This document shows positions 26,886 through 42,340 of a stretch of DNA of 64,000 bases, in pieces. This DNA is from Setoptus koraiensis (taxonomy: Eukaryota; Animalia; Arthropoda). Position numbers and translations under genes: made by a program. Below the pieces are notes generated by a model that was given only the letters and a program-made list of their open reading frames with translations, was not told the origin of the DNA and did not search any database. Numbering within the stretch: the first letter of the stretch is position 1; each line of letters begins with the position of its first letter. The stretch is taken from positions 5,890,001 to 5,954,000 of the forward strand of contig CM106585.1 in assembly GCA_048013815.1 (NCBI GenBank), written 5' to 3'.

Positions 26886-27163
26886 ACTGTCGCATCGGGG
26901 CGCTCGCGACGAAATGTCGGAGCGCCGCCTATCACAATGTCGGAGCGCTGACGTTTGAAACACCAACTAATCAATGGCACACACACACACACATCTCACT
27001 GTCCGTTGCAATTTGCAACCGATATCCCGCCACCTACGCCACATTATTGTTAACAATTGTTAACAACAATCAAACGGACACCGTTGCCCAACGCAAACAC
27101 GTACCCGCGGACTGACCGACGCAACCACGTGCCCGTATGCTCGCCAAATCAACCAAATCACAG

Positions 27164-27343
27164 CCGGACAGGCGCAATTCGCGCTGTCCGCCACGGGGCA
27201 ATATGTGATTTTAGCCAGCGGTGAGCTTCATATAAATCGAATCCAATTAAAGGACAGCAACAAATCGTATCGCTGCCAAGTGCGCAATCAATTAACCTCC
27301 AAAACGACCATGAGCACCTCTGGCGGCCGTCTGTTCGTTACAG
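27164..27343 (+). CDS. Dscam: Dscam exon, Ig2 C-terminal half (not in the ORF track)
   Basis: AGQAQFALSATGQYVILASGELHINRIQLKDSNKSYRCQVRNQLTSKTTMSTSGGRLFVT. Acceptor CACAG, donor AG|GTGAGT, 180 nt, phase 1-1. Confidence 0.9.
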
Positions 27344-28982
27344 GTGAGTAAATTAGCACTAAACCGACTACTACTACTACTACTACTGCTCTCGCATCGC
27401 CATGGCCGACTCGCCGACAGCGGTCAGCGTTGCGGTCGAACCCGGAACTACGTCTCGTGGCACTTGAAAGTCGGGCACACTTGGGCTCGAGACACGAGCC
27501 CCGGCACCAAGAGATATTACTGCAGAGATATTACTGCGCAACGGGCCACCAGGGGCGCCCGGCAACACTTGTAATAATTTGGTATAAATTAGGTATAATA
27601 GGTCAGCGCGGCTTGCGAGCCAAAAATAGATGACACTTGCTGACAGCAAGTGCACATAATTATAGCCCACAAGTCACCAGCTCATTCGCAGTTGATTGCG
27701 CAACATTGCGCTTGTGCAATCAACTGTCAGCCGGTCAGCCGACCGGTCAGCTGGCCACAAGATAGTGGCCAGTTTGTGATGTAATAAGCGTGTAATTAAC
27801 TGTCTGCCCGTGACTTACGCACTGACCGCTGCGGATTGCAGCGGCCGGTAGGCCGTTGAATTGTATGCACCGTTACAAGTTGTTGCAGTCAGTTATCTGT
27901 TACATGACACTGCTATTATGCAATTACCATTGCCAGCTATTGCATAATAGCACACATAATACACAGTATAGTTGCATACGCATAATACGTAATAGTACGT
28001 ATAATACGTAATAGCACGTATAATAGTATCGGCATTAGCGCACGAGAGATAAAACTGACCAAATTGGCCGAAGTGGCCAAATTGGCCAAATTGGCCAGAC
28101 TTTATATGTACTCGTGTTCGAGTTGATGTCAACTTTGTCCGCAAGACTGTCCGGCCACGTGAGTGCGCTTGCGGTCAGCGCGCGACCGCCATTAAACCGT
28201 TCAATTGGCCCCCTCCCGGCCGCCCTCTTACCTGCAGCCGGTCACGTAATTTAACGTTATTTCGCCGGCCGAGTGGACGTCTAGCGGCGAAATAAATAAC
28301 GCTAATACCGCTCTCGCGCGCGCTATCACCAGCAAATATCCGTTAATATCCAGCAGTCAAACGCTAATACAGTGTCCGTGCGCGCATTGTGAGCCACTCC
28401 ACCAAGACACAAATACACAAATACACAAATACCCCAATGACCATATACCACACACACACACCCCGGCAAGCTGAGCCCGCTATTTATTGCGTCATCAAGC
28501 GCCGCTAAATGTCCGCCGACGAGCGCAATATGCAACGAGTGCCGCAAATGGGGCCAATTGGCCCGCTGCACAGCGTTGCCGTTTAGTGTTGCGCAATATC
28601 GCACAGTGTTGCGTAATGTCGTACAGTGGCATTGTTGTGTCTTGTGCTGATAATTTAAAAATGAGATTACGGGCCCCCGATTATTCGGGCTAATACTATC
28701 TGCGGCCAGCGGGCGCCGGATCGCCGGCCCGGCTCAACGGCCAATTGTCCATTTGTCCAGCTATGAGGCCGCCAAATTGGCCAGTTTACGGTTGTACGGC
28801 ACGAGCTGCATATTGTGTTCGCCGGCCTGTCGGTGGCGGCGCCCCAAACGTGGCCCGCAACCACGCTCAGCGCCCGCCGCTGACCCGGTGGCGCCACCGT
28901 CGCGCGCGGCTCGTGCTCTCGTCGTATGCAAATGAATTACGTAATTCGTTGCTGTCGGTATGTTGCGCAATTACGCGCCAGC

Positions 28983-28986
<4 letters not shown>

Positions 28987-29031
<45 letters not shown>

Positions 29032-29040
29032 ACACACACA
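28987..29040. repeat. (CA)n microsatellite
   Basis: Read directly. This is the longest of many (CA)n, (TG)n, (CAA)n and (TTG)n tracts in the Dscam introns. Confidence 0.9.
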
Positions 29041-32000
29041 GTTCAACTAGGATAGTTGCAGCGACACACACACACACACAGTTTACATTGTTGCGTTGTT
29101 AGTTACATAGTAACAAATGACACTACAAACAAGTTGATGGCGCAATAATGGCGCGTTAATTTACTTTTATTAGCCACCAGCTCACTTACCGCCGGGCCCG
29201 GCCCTCGTTAGCCGTGGGTGTGTCTCGCTGTCGCCCTTTGAAGGCCGGCCCGGCCATACCCGGCAGCCTCTTGGAAGGCACAGCGACGGTCGCCATGATC
29301 GGTGTCGTGTCAATTTTAGTTAATATCAATCGACGCGACTCTGGCTCAATTAAACTGCCATCTCAAAGTCGGTCAGCGTGCCCGCTGCCCCACCCACGAC
29401 ATAAGCGCGACTCGGCGCCAAGACACGCGATGCGGGGGCGCGGCCCAGCCGCGGGACCGGGCACGGGACCGGGCGACGGTCCGCGCCCGCGCAAGCTCGC
29501 GAGAAGAAGATTGCGCGGCCCGTGCAACCGCAACACCATAATCATTAGCGGTTAGGCGACGGCACGAGGTGGCTCGGCGCGGCCCGCACGTACTCCTTGA
29601 GCCGCTAATACTCTGCGTTTGGGCTGTTTGTTGCGCAATGTGTGCGCCAGCCGTAATCTACGGCCACTTTGATAATTTCCATCGTACCCATTGTGCTCAA
29701 GCCGGCGGCTCATGTGCGGGCGAGCCGGCGGCTCATGTACGGGCACAGCGGCGGTTCATGTACGGGCGAGCCGGCGGCGGCTTATGTACGGGCACAGCGG
29801 CCCCGCAACTGGCTTGCTGGCGAGCGGGGCCCGCAGCCCGCGACACTGACTTTAATGTGTCTTTAATCTGGTCGGCGGTGCTGCCGTGTTGTGTTTGTCA
29901 TATATTGTGTGTTGTTACGTAAGCGCCAGCCATAAATAAATGGCAGGTAGTTTGTGCTGGCGGCAACTTGTTCAGCGGCCCGTCCGCCGCCGGCCCGCTT
30001 GTTCGGCGCGGGGGAGCCAGTCGCCCGAAGATAGATGGTGATAATGACATGCATAATTACTGGAATGCTGCAAAAGGGCAACTTCAATATCATCATCATC
30101 ATCGTAATCTGCCCGGCCGGCCGCGCGCCGGGCCCCGCACACTATCGCACACTATTGCGCAATCCATGATTAGAATTTGGCAGTGAAGTAGTAATCATAA
30201 TTCATTGTTAATGTCGTTAGACACACACACACTCATCTAATCTAATGTTTGTGCGCCGGCAAGCCGCATGACACGTAGCGGGCCGGCGCGCGGCGGCCGG
30301 GCCCGGTCGCGACCTGGCGACCTAGCGCCGTTCGCGACTCCGTGCATGTTGCTATTGTGATGTGCTGCGTGCTATAGCGCGCATAGCGGACATAGCGCGG
30401 GCTGGACGGGCGGCCCGTAATGGTATTACGTATAATGGTGGCACACATAATGGCATTATGTAGTGCAATGCCATTATATAATAACAATAATGGCATGTGC
30501 AAAATGCAGAGGTGCATCATCATTGCGTCATGCGGGGCCCCAATTGTCTTGTGCGCTGTCCAGTTATTGCTGTGTGTCACATGGATGCCAGTCATTCAAT
30601 TATGACCGTCGCCCGACCGACCGACCGATAATCATCCGCCCAACACGCACAAACGCGCGCACTAGATTGTTGCAACTCGGGCTCAGTGCCATTGTCCGCG
30701 ACGCGCAAAGGTAATCTCTGCCCGGCCGAGGGGCCCCGCTCGCCTAAGCCCCCGCGACGCGCGACATGATATCTGGTTCATGTCGCAATATGAATACGAA
30801 ATTGATTTGCATGATGCGCGCGCGCTCGCTGCCATGTCGCCCCCCATTCGAATTGGTAGGTGCGATATCATATATCACGACCATGATTTATTGTCGTTGC
30901 TTATCGCGGCCGGCGCCTCGCCGAGTCCGACGCGCACCCGCACGACCGCACACGACCGCAAGCGCGTCGGGCCGCCCACAGCAGATTGCAAATGGCCGGA
31001 AGTCGCCGTCCACTCTGGTCACTGGACTCTGGTCACTCTGGTCGCAATTGGGCCGGGGTGGGCGCGCCCGAGTGAAGAATGCCCAAACGGCCGCCCGCCT
31101 GAAGTCTCCAATGGGCCGGTCAATCGATGCAATCAGTGCGCCAGTTAGCCCCATTTGCCGGGCCTATTACCCGGCCATTTATTAGCCGCTCTGTCCCGGC
31201 GCAAAGCATTTGCCCGCCAGCATTTAGCGGGCGGCATTTTGCGGGCCACTCTCATTTACGGCGGCTCGCTGCGGGCCTCGGGATTTTATTGTTGCGCTAA
31301 TAGCAACAGTGTGACAGTCGCTTGTCGTTTGTCATTTGGGCATCGGCAATCAGTCAGTTATTAACTTGTATCATCGGCCGGCCACACGGCCGACGGGCCC
31401 TCTAGCGGATTCTGGAGGCGAAACATGGCTAGACAATGTTTGTGTTTGTGCAAAACTGTCATTTATCTGCCCGATGTCCATAAAGAATTGCGTGTCAGCC
31501 GATGCCGTTAAATTGTCAAAGTTTGTTGGCCCGTTTTTATTTTTTGTCTCTGTCCTCGGGCCGTGCGCGTTATTTGCCGGGCCGGCCGGCCGGCCCGGCG
31601 TCTATTAAAATTGATCACAATCATTCTTTTTGGCGCTTCTTCTCGCCATGCCCACCGTGCGCCGTCCGCCGCCCCTTATCCGCTGTCCGCCGTCCGCTGT
31701 CGTCGGCGGCGCGCTCCACGTGGCAAACATGTAGCAAAAATACAGCGCCCGATACAGCGAGACATCGGCGGCGCAGTCGGCCCGCGAAGCCCGCCGAGGC
31801 ACGGGCAACAATAATTTATCGTCAGCGAGCGGCCAAAATGGTTGACCCGTCCAACTATAAATAACTTCATTGGTTTGATTTAGTGCCCATGAAATAAAAT
31901 GAGTGCCGATGTGTTCCGCTATCTTTTTGTTTTGTGTCCAGTTGGGGGCCCGTCTTCAGTTTCAGTTTCGCTCACTTTCAAACCAATTCCACGCGCCGCC

Positions 32001-35000
32001 GGGTAGGTGTAGAGTGGCGAACTGCGCGCAACCCGAGCCGCCCGCATGCCCGCAACGATGGCGCCGTTCGGGGCCAGCTCGGCCGGATTAGCCGGCGACA
32101 GGGGTTCGGTTTGTTCGAGCAGCAATGTCGTCGGCACTGGCCAGTGGCCAGTGGGCGCTCCTCTGGCTTTTCTGGGGCCTCTGGCTCTCCTGAAAACGGG
32201 GGCCAGTTGTGTGCAAGTCGCGCACGGCAAGATTCACGGATTACTGCTCACTATTGCTAGCGGCGGGCACCGCAAAAGCGGCGCTGCCCGAACGAGAAAA
32301 GAGGCCGGCCGAAGCAAGAAACGGGCCGAGGGGCCCGCGAAAACGAGCTAGCCGAGCCGTGCCGGGGCCGGCCGCTCGCGGCTCTAGAGGCATTACACGA
32401 CGCTAATAAAAAGAAAATAATAACGTAGGTGCTAGTTAGCCAATCGCCTAGCCCGTAATGTCGACAATCCCGCCACGACGCAGCGCGGCCCGACGGCGCG
32501 GATAAACAGCTAGCGGCCGGCGGATTATCGCCGGCCAGCCCGCAATGGGACAAACCGGCCAACAATACCTGACCGGCCCCACTGACACAATGGCCAAACG
32601 GCAAAATGGCGAGCGGGCGCCAGGGCGAAATGGCGAATGGAGGCGCAATGATACAATGCAATATGGCCGCGTCGGCCACCATAATTAACTCGCAACAGCG
32701 AGCAGCGCGAGCAATCGAGGGCCACCTCCCATTCCGCTTGACGGGGCGCTGGCTGGCCGGCCGGCCGTGAGCTGGCGCTCGGTCGGGTAATTGCGGCCAT
32801 GATTCGGAGCGGCCAATTAAAGCGGCCGGCGACTAGTCCAAACAGGGCGACATATGCCCAGATCCGTGCCCAGATACATGCCCAGATATACGGCTAGATA
32901 TGTGTCGCGCAAATATATCGGGCAAATATATCGCCGGCGTGCGTGCCGCGCGCGTCCCTACAAATATGCGGGTATCGGCGGCGCCCGAGCGAGCGTGAGC
33001 TCGTTACGGTCGGCGCCGATTATTGTGCGCCGGTGCGAGCGAGCGCAATTACCAGCGCACGCCCCCGCGGCCGCGAACACGAGGCCGCAAAATGGGCCCA
33101 TTTTTGGGCCGCTTGTCGCAACGATTTTCGATTGTTTGCGCCCGATATTGGCGCTAAACGGACACTCAGCGCACTCAAACCGGCACAGCGATGCGGATGC
33201 CGCTCGCCCCGCGGGTGTCTAGCCCGAGCAGCCCGAGTCGGGCGACTCGGGGGTAGACACTGCAGGCTTGACAGCGCGAAGAGCGGGGGGAGGCCAAGGT
33301 AATTTAAGGGAATATCCCGGTGACAGGCAACATGAATCTCTCTGCTGGGTGCCTCTTAGTTGGCGACGTCTATATTTGCCGGCGCGCCGAGGTCATCCAT
33401 TGCCGGTCAGTTGAAACTATGTCTCTCTGGCGAGGCGCCCCTGCCGGCCATCAAAAGTTAATCCCCATCGGCTACCCGTGGGCCTGCATGATGGTTGCGC
33501 GCGTTCCATCGTGTCAAACGGCGGCCCACTATGGGGGCCCCCGATACCCGGCCAGACCGGGCACGGCAACGTGGCGCGTGGATATCATCTAGGCGCGGCG
33601 CGGAGCACAGCGAGTGGGGCCGGCCCGGCGGGCCGGCTCCACATCGAGGCGCCAATGATCCGGGCCGACGGCAGCGGCGGACATTTCGGGGTGATAGTGG
33701 CAATGTTTCCGACAACAGCTTTAGACGAAGTAGGCGCCAGAGGTAGGTGGCGCCACTATTGGATTGGTCTGATTTACAGTGGCACAACAACAACAACAAT
33801 GGCCACTATATATTGTTGTATAATAAATAATTGAACAACGACGACAACATCATTGTCGTGTTGTCGTTGTTGCCGCTTGACACAAACTGACTTTGCGTTG
33901 ATAGTCGGCCAAAGTGTCTCTGTCTTTTCGCCATGCTGGTCAACGGGCGAAATGGGGCCGCCGCGCCAGCAGCAAAGTAATAGCACGCTGTTAAGTCGGT
34001 GTTTGCGCGCCCCAAAACACTGACGTAATCGCGTAATGGACATGAGGGATTAGCGACACACAGTGGCCGCTGTGCGTCGCTGCTCGTCGACAAACCGAGC
34101 CTCTATCTGTCGGGCTCGCCGACAAACCGAGCCTCTATCCGCGATGGGCTCGTCGCAGCTCGCCGAGCCTATCGATGCTGGCGCCCCAAAGACAGAGTCA
34201 GGCGAGACAGGGCCAGACGAGACAGAGCCTGACGATGGCCAGCGACGGGGGCCCCAAGACAGTTTTGGCGCCAAAGCGGGTAACGGGCTAACGGCGAGCC
34301 GCTGTTCGGGCAGCCACAGCTGGCCAGCTGAGTAACGGGCGCGACAACGGGCTGACAGGTTGTCGCCCGGCCAGCGGACGGATGTCGACGGGCTGCCGAC
34401 GGCCCGCTAATCCCGCGCGTGATCTGTTGTTGTGCGCGCCGCGCCCGAGATGGATCGGCCCCACTTGCGGGCCTCGCTTGCGGGCCCCGCTTGTGGGCCT
34501 CACTCGCGGGCCCGCGACGCAACAGCGCACAATATAGTGGCTCATATACACGCTCGCGGTGGCGACTCACTTGAATTAAAATTTTTACACCACTGACCAG
34601 CGCCCAATTGGATTATTGGGCCGTTGCGGGCTCAAGAGAGCGCGCGCCATTATATTGGATAACATCATCGCGCCTCGCTATCAAATCCAATCTGTCCGAC
34701 CGAGTTAGCCGCTGTCGGGTTAGCCGCTGTCGTGCTAGCTGTTGTTGGCCGTTGTTGGGGCGCCAAACAACAACTAATAACGGCGCCGGCAAGACGACCG
34801 CGCGACTTTGTCTTTGCCTCGCCATTCGCTATTCGTTGGGGCGCCATTCAAATGGGGCGACGGTCCACTAGTTTCGCCCCATCGCGTGCCAGCCAAATGC
34901 CCGTCGCGTATCGGGATAAAATGAAGACAAAAAAGATTATGCCATCTACAAACAACTGGTGGCCAATTCCGGCATCAACCAGAGCCCCAGCGCAACCGTC

Positions 35001-38000
35001 ACAACGGGCCCAGTTAACTATGCGAGCTTGATGCCGTCAGTTTGACGTGCCGCGGCGCATCAAGCGACGTGACAGCGGCCCAGCGAGCGTAATAGTTGCA
35101 AAAGTCGCTCAACTTGTTGTCGCCCCTCGGTGGCCGCTCGGGTTGCTCGGATTCGCTCGGATTTGCCCGGATTTGCCGGTGCCTGTCCGTAACATAAACT
35201 GTCCGCAACATCAACTGTCCGCAACATCGACTGTCCGCTGTCCGGCTCGGGTTGCGTAAGCGGACAAAAATTAAATGTGCGCGCCTTGAATCATAATTAC
35301 AAGCGCGCAAACAACAACCGACAGGCGGCCAGAAATAGAAATGACACGAGACTCGCATTTGCTCTCCTTTGGTTCGTGTGCAATCGTGCACGATACACTC
35401 CATTCACTGGGCCCCATCGGCTTCTGGGGCCCCACTGGCTTCTCGAGGCCCGTCGGCTTCTCGGGGGCGCCATCACATTGTTGCGCGTCACTTGATTGCG
35501 CGCCGCTCCATGACGAACAGACGACGACAGGCGCCCCGTGACAAATAGCGCTCTGTCGGACAAATGCGGCGTGCAAAAAGTTGACAAGTTTCACCATAAA
35601 TTGACACTGACAGCGCCAGCGGGCCGGTTGACCGGCGCCCAACTCGTGTGACAGGTCACATAAGTCAATCAAGTGAGCGCGCGGTCAGCGAGCAGTAATA
35701 AGACAACAACAAGATTAATTAAAGTTGGACCGCTCAACTTGGCGCATCCGGTGCGGCACCTGCACGTGCTGTGCCGTGTTCGCCGGATGCGGCCAGCTGA
35801 GCGGCCACGGTGGGCGGGCGAACGGGTGCAGCGGGCCGGCCCGACACTCAATGGGGCTATTCGCGCCGTTCGGGCCGGCCATTCGCGCCGTTCGGGCTGC
35901 CGTTTGACAAGCGAGTGTAATACCGACTGACAGATACCAGCTGACAAATGGCGCGCTGAAGCGCGCCGATGATCGCCATCTGACCATCAGTCAGTCAGCT
36001 GAGATGGGAGCGTGATTTCGGCTGGCGCGATGTGTCGGGCCGGCGCCCGTCTAACGGTCGAATGGCTCACTTGATACCATCAAGTTGATGGATTTCCGCT
36101 CGGCAGGCGCTCAGGTGAGCGGGCGGCCTCATGAATATACAACGACGGCGACGGCGACGACGAGACAATCATATTAGGCGTCAATCGATTACATAACTGG
36201 CTACTTGTGTTGGTCAATGAGTGGCGTATCGCTAGCTTGCGATCTGTTTGTGATATCGGCTCGGTGGATATTGTTTGTGTCAGTCGAATCTGGTTGTATC
36301 TGGCTGTACATATGTGTGCGTGTATATCGCGGATATTGGCAATGTCTGACATACTAAAAAGGGGCCCGGCTCCATCTATTACATATCATATTATTGCCGG
36401 CCAGCCAGCCAGCCAGCCGGCCAGCCGGAGCTTAATAGATGCTATCAGAGTGGTCATTGTTTTTCGCCACTTTCTGCGCCTTTTATTCAGCATTCGGCGC
36501 GCTGGCCACCGGTTCCACTGGACCGTTTCGCTGGCTTGCGCCGCGTTCCGTCTCGTTTCGTTTCGTTTGGGGCCCCTTCGGCTCGATCCGATCCGTTTCG
36601 TCTCGTCTGGCTGCCGTTTTGTTTGTGCGTTTCCATTGTGCGCTCATGTCCATTGACATCCATTCTCGCCGGCCAGCGAGTTAACTGAAGAGCGCCCCAG
36701 CCAATGATCCATGATGTGATGAGATCGCAGTGATGATACATGCTCGCGCACAGCGCCATTTATGCGCCCGCGGCCCACGCTCGGCCGGGCAAACCGAATG
36801 GCCGGGCCGGCCCACTGGCGCAGCGTTGCGGGCCCGGCCATTCAGGCTTTGCTGAGCCGCACCAACGGGCCGGCCGCTTGGCGTGGGCGCGCAAAGTTAT
36901 TTCATTTCGGCATTTGGCTGGCCGTTCGGCCGCCAGTGCCAACATTCGCCGAGGGGCCGCGCTGAGCCGCTCTAAAGTGGCGCACAAAATCGTCTTGGAG
37001 TTTGCGGGTCCTCGGGTCCGCGCGCGTCCAAGTCGGCGAGTCCGCGCGCGTGCGAGTGCCCGCCGACGGAGCGAGCGACGCACGCCAGATTACCAGATGA
37101 TCAGTGAGCCATCTAATGTCGGTCCTCTGGCGGGCCCCTCGAACGTTATCGTCTCGATGCCTGCCCCCATTCTCGGTCAGCCAGCGTCGCCGGGTTCCAA
37201 CTTGTCTAATTGGCTCAATCTCACTCGCCACTAACCAGCCAGCGCTGACCGCGCAGCGGCGCTGGCCGGCGAGCCAGTGGGCGCTGAGTTGTCTGGGGGC
37301 CGGCTGGCGGCCAAAGTCGTCTGACCAAAGCGGCCGAGTCGCCCGACCAGAGCGGCCGAGTCGCCCGACCAGAGCGTCCGAGTAGCCAGCCTCTACATGC
37401 TAACAGTAGCGTTGGGCCGGCGACTGGGGCCCCGCTCGATTGTGATGGAGCATCTAATAGAGTTGGCCGTGCCAGCGAGCTAATATGTAATATAACTCAC
37501 TCAATATTAACGCCACATAGTGTTAGTGTGGAAGGGCGCACATTAATCAGGATATGATTCAGTCGGTGGCGCGCAGATTTGGCCCGTTGCAATATACCCC
37601 TTATCATATATATATTGGGCATATACAATATATAGGGATATAGAGTGGATATATATACAATATATGAACAATGTATGGATATGTGGACGAAACGCGCCCG
37701 CAAAGTGCCCATGCACGGCCACTTGGTGGCGCATTGATTGAAACATGATTGTTGTTATTGGCTTTGTCACAACGCCAATAACAACAACTCTACACAGTCT
37801 ACACACTGCTGCTGCTGCTGTTGTGGGGCCCTAGCGGCGACAACACACCACTAACAACAGATAAATAAATATAATATAACGAACGGAGGATAAAAAGAAT
37901 GCACAAGCAAACCAATGAATTACCAGTGGCTGGCTGGCTGCGATGCGCGATTATGCAATCGATTATGTTTGCACTGGTGGCTCCTCTTTTTATGGGGGCC

Positions 38001-41000
38001 CCGCCATTGGAGCCATTGGAGCCATTGGAACCATTGGAACCATTGGGAGCGCGTGCTTGAGGCTTGTAACTCGTTGCAGACTCTCTTATGTATCTTATAG
38101 ATATATCTCCAGGATATATCTATAAATCTGCAGCCAATAGTCCGACAGTCCGACAGTCCGGTGGCCCGGCAGCCCGACAAGCCAATAGCCGGCCGTACAT
38201 ATAAATATATATACAGTGGCCGGCATTAGTGCGGGTCATCATTATTATCTTGTTACAAGTAATCCTTACATAATAGATATAGACGACTCTCCTTTATGTC
38301 GATTGGCCCCACTCAACAGCAGCCAGCGCTGGCCAGCAGCTTTCTGGGGGTCCTTTGATGGCGGGGGCCGAGAGAGAGAGAGCGCCCACATTCTTGCGCC
38401 AAAGAATGTTTTGTAATGGGGCCAAACGCGGCGCACAATGCAGCCACAATGCAGTGCCATTTGTACACTGCTGACCAAGTCAAATAACAACCAAGTCGAA
38501 TAACAACCAAGTCGAATAACAAAGTCAATGTACAATGTTACGTTACGTAATGCGCAATGAGATGGAGAATGGAGAAAAGAATAAAGAGAACAGGCGAATA
38601 AAGAAGGATAAAGAATGAAGAAAAGAGAATTGGAATATGTGAGCGAGCGCGTGTGTGTGTGTGTGTGTATGCCTCGTCGAGCAGAATAATTGAATGTATC
38701 GCAAAGTATCGCCAGGCGAAGGGGCCCCACAGCAAGTGTTGGCGCTGATTGCCGATCATGGATACAAGTCGGCTATAACTGGCCCCATTATGCATATATC
38801 TGTGCATGATGAACGTACGTGCGCTGCTGTAATGCGTCGCTGGCCGGACGTTAAATCACGTCGTCGAGCACACATATTAACAAATAATAATAATAATAAT
38901 AACAAATAATAATGCCCACATGGTTGAGATATAAGTTATGATGTGATTGCGCAGCGAGCAGCGAGATGCGACGATACACGCGTTGTGTCCGGGCGATCGG
39001 ATAATTACTCCAATATGTGGCCACATAACTATCCACTTTCGCGCCCCAACTGGCCCGACCGGCCCGACTGACCGACTGGCCAGTGCCCAAGTCCGTTTGG
39101 CACTGAGCCACGAGCACTTTTTATGAGCTTCATGAGCCTTCGCTAGTTCGGACATGCGAACGCGCGGACATGCGACCGTTCGGATGGCCGATCACAATCG
39201 AATTATATCTGAGCTGGCTGGCGTGAGTGGGATCCGGTTTGGGGCCGCGGCCGGAGCTGGCCGCGTTCCAAGTGACCGTCGGCAAGTGTTGGCACGAGCG
39301 CCAAAACGCCCAAGCGCTCGCCCGGCCGACGACTCGACGACAACGCCGGCCGCTAATGGGGCCCCGGTCGAATCTCGGACAATTGTGGCTCGGTCAGTTG
39401 AGCAGCGGCGGCCAGTTGACCAATGGCCAGTCGAATGTCTGCAGACAGAGCCACGATATGGGTGCCATAATTGGCCATAATTGTGCGCCTCGGGCCCCAA
39501 TTAAAGTCCGGCCTGCGTTGCGTTGTGTGTTGAGCGATGGCGGGCGGTTGCGTCATTATATAGCCATGATTCCATAGCCATTGTTCACTTGTGCGGCCTA
39601 TCCAGTGTCTCTCATTCAATTGATCCGCTGCGGACAATGAAGTCGCCTTGTGCTTCGTGTTGTCGTCGTGTTGCCGTCACTTGTTGTTGTCGTTGTCGTC
39701 GTTGTCGTCGTTGTCGTCGTTGTCGTTGTCGCTGTTGCCAATATCGCTGTCCAGTTCATCTGGCCACTGGCAAGTTCTTTTGGCCACCGGCGAGTTGTTT
39801 TGGGGCAAAAAATCGCCCCAAAGAACTTGTGAAGCAAACAAGACGCAACGGCTGGGGCGCTGCGAGCGCTTGACCAGCGCCAGTCACGGCCAATTTCCGC
39901 CACTCATTTCCGTTGCGCCGTCATTGGGCGTATAACAATAACGGATTATAATTGGCACTCTGGCCGCTACTCGCACCACTTTGGCGCCAGTTTAAAGCTG
40001 CGCACTTGTGTGCCATAAACTGCGACATCACTCGAATGGGGCCCCATCGAACCAGTGCATCTGCCGGTCGGAAGACCAATAATTGATACACAATAATTGT
40101 AAAAGGGAAAATTTTGCAGCAAAAACCTGAGACAGGCTCGGAAGCGACCCCTCGCGACCGGCACCCCGCACTAATAACAACTAACAATTGGGGGTTCGTC
40201 GGCTCGTTGAGCTGGTGTCCGGTCGCCGCGACTCGCCAGAGATGTTCGATATATGTTTGAAATGAACTTTTTGCTGGCTGTTCATTAGGTAATCAAGTGT
40301 GTCAATTGTGTGTCAATGATACCATGTTATGTGATACGAACACACAAGCGCAATGATGTAATAATGATAGTGGCGATATCACATTGGTGTGGGCCCCACT
40401 GCCAACTAATGATCGCAATGATGAGAAAAAGAACAACGACGACAACAGCGCCAAAACTAATGAACGGACGGATATCCAGCGGCCACTTAACGATATCTGG
40501 CCATCGATATTTCATGGGGCAGTTTGTGGAAATAATGACGCGCTGTGGAAATATCAAAATGGGGCCTCGATGACGGTGCGAGCCACTGAAGCAACTGAAA
40601 ATTCAAACAACCGCGCCAATCATGCTTCATTCATCGCGAGGAATTTTGCATTTGGTGGGGGGCCGGTCGCTGGCGTCCGGTTGTTAGTGGCGACACACAA
40701 CCAGTCAGGTTGGCTCGTTGCGGCCCGTTGGCGCCGTCCGAGCCGCCCGAGCAGCCCGAGCGGGCCGATTTTGGACAATTTTATCAATGGGCCGAGCTAA
40801 TGATAAAATTGATTTCATTCTCGCCTTAATAGGGTGCCCCTATGGCCCCTCGCTGGCCTCTCGGCGGGCGATACAAAGTAAAATTCATCAGAGATGTGAG
40901 ATGTAATCTAATTTCGGGCGCGTTGGGGTATTTGCAGTTGGCAGTTTGCAGTATCGTCGCCGTGCCAGTATATCATCGCGTGGTGTCTGTTTATCGGGGG

Positions 41001-42340
41001 CGCTGCCAGCGCTGGCCGGGCCGGCAGCAAGTGCAATTCCAACAAGTGAAGGTGCACCCGAAGACGATGGCGACGACGACGATATCAAATTAACGGCGAC
41101 GACAACGACGACGAAGACGACCTAATGGCATCGGCGAGGGCCCCGCGCACCAGCAACAACAATGAGAAACGAGAGTATTGGGCGTGATATGAAATGTAAT
41201 TTAATATGATTTATTGTTACGCTTCACTTGATCGAGGAGCCGAGCCAGCGACAAGCAAAATCCAAGATGGTCAGCTATATTATGTAATATTATATAAGCG
41301 TAACTTTGAAAAGGGCCCTCGTGCGTGTTGAGTTTGTGTGTAACGGCCACTGGCCACTGGCCACTAGCAAATGGCAAATGGCAAAAGGCAAAAGGCGAGC
41401 TCTGGTGAGGTCAAGCAGCAAATGATAGAGAACCAGAAGTGGCCAAAATGAAGCAAAATTGCCAAGCTGAAACAAGAACTTCTCAACAGCGAGCCCTCAA
41501 CAGCAGCAGCACCAACAACAACAGCAAGCTGCTTGAGATGATCAGCACAATATAGCGCCGGCCAAAAGTTAATTCTCTGGCCCCATTCTTTTCAACACTC
41601 CACTCCACAACTCGCCAGGCCCGCCACCATTCAGCGCATTCGGGCAATAAGTTGGCCCAGCGATTGGCTCAGCCGCTTGTCAGTTGCTGATCCAAGTTGG
41701 ATCAGCAACTACACAACGGTCACTCGTAGTTTCCAGGCTGGCCGCCAGACGCTCATGGCGGGCCCCAGAAAATCCCCCAAGTCCTCAGAGGGTGCCTCTG
41801 AGCCTCAGAGTCTGAGCCTCATTTCGTGAGCTTATATCGCGAGCCTCGATCGAGGCCTGGGGGGGGGGCGCAAGTCGCATTAACGTAATAGTGACCAGAT
41901 AGAGTCACTAAATAAATTGTCGATCAATCCATCGATAATTGCAATTGTAACTCACTGTGTATCTGACTTTGTGATTGATGTGTTCATGCCAGTCATCGCA
42001 ATACAAGCGTCGGCAGTACAATGCCAACAAATAACATGACAAATAACATTATAATGCAACGCTGGCCCCACCGGAAGTAGCACCAGCGACATCTATCCAA
42101 TACGGCCCGCCGGCAAATCGAGTCTGTTAGAGAGACTCTGTTTGCCTAGCGAGTGCAGATTTTGCCGGCTAAAGAGCGGCCCGATTGTCGCGATATATCG
42201 CGAAATGTCCCAATGGCAGCCTCCCATTAAGTGTCAATAACCACAACAACTCTATCTCATTTTATTCTTTTGTTTATCCTCATATTTGCTGTTGATTTGC
42301 ATGCATCGCAATAACGCTCTAATTGCAATCAATTAATTAG

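Noticed and set aside
4607-41475. Hundreds of 60-200 aa ORFs in the GC-rich Dscam introns
   Set aside because: They are Arg/Ala/Pro/Gly-rich, overlap on several frames, often come from simple repeats and show no recognisable domain, as expected by chance in GC-rich DNA.
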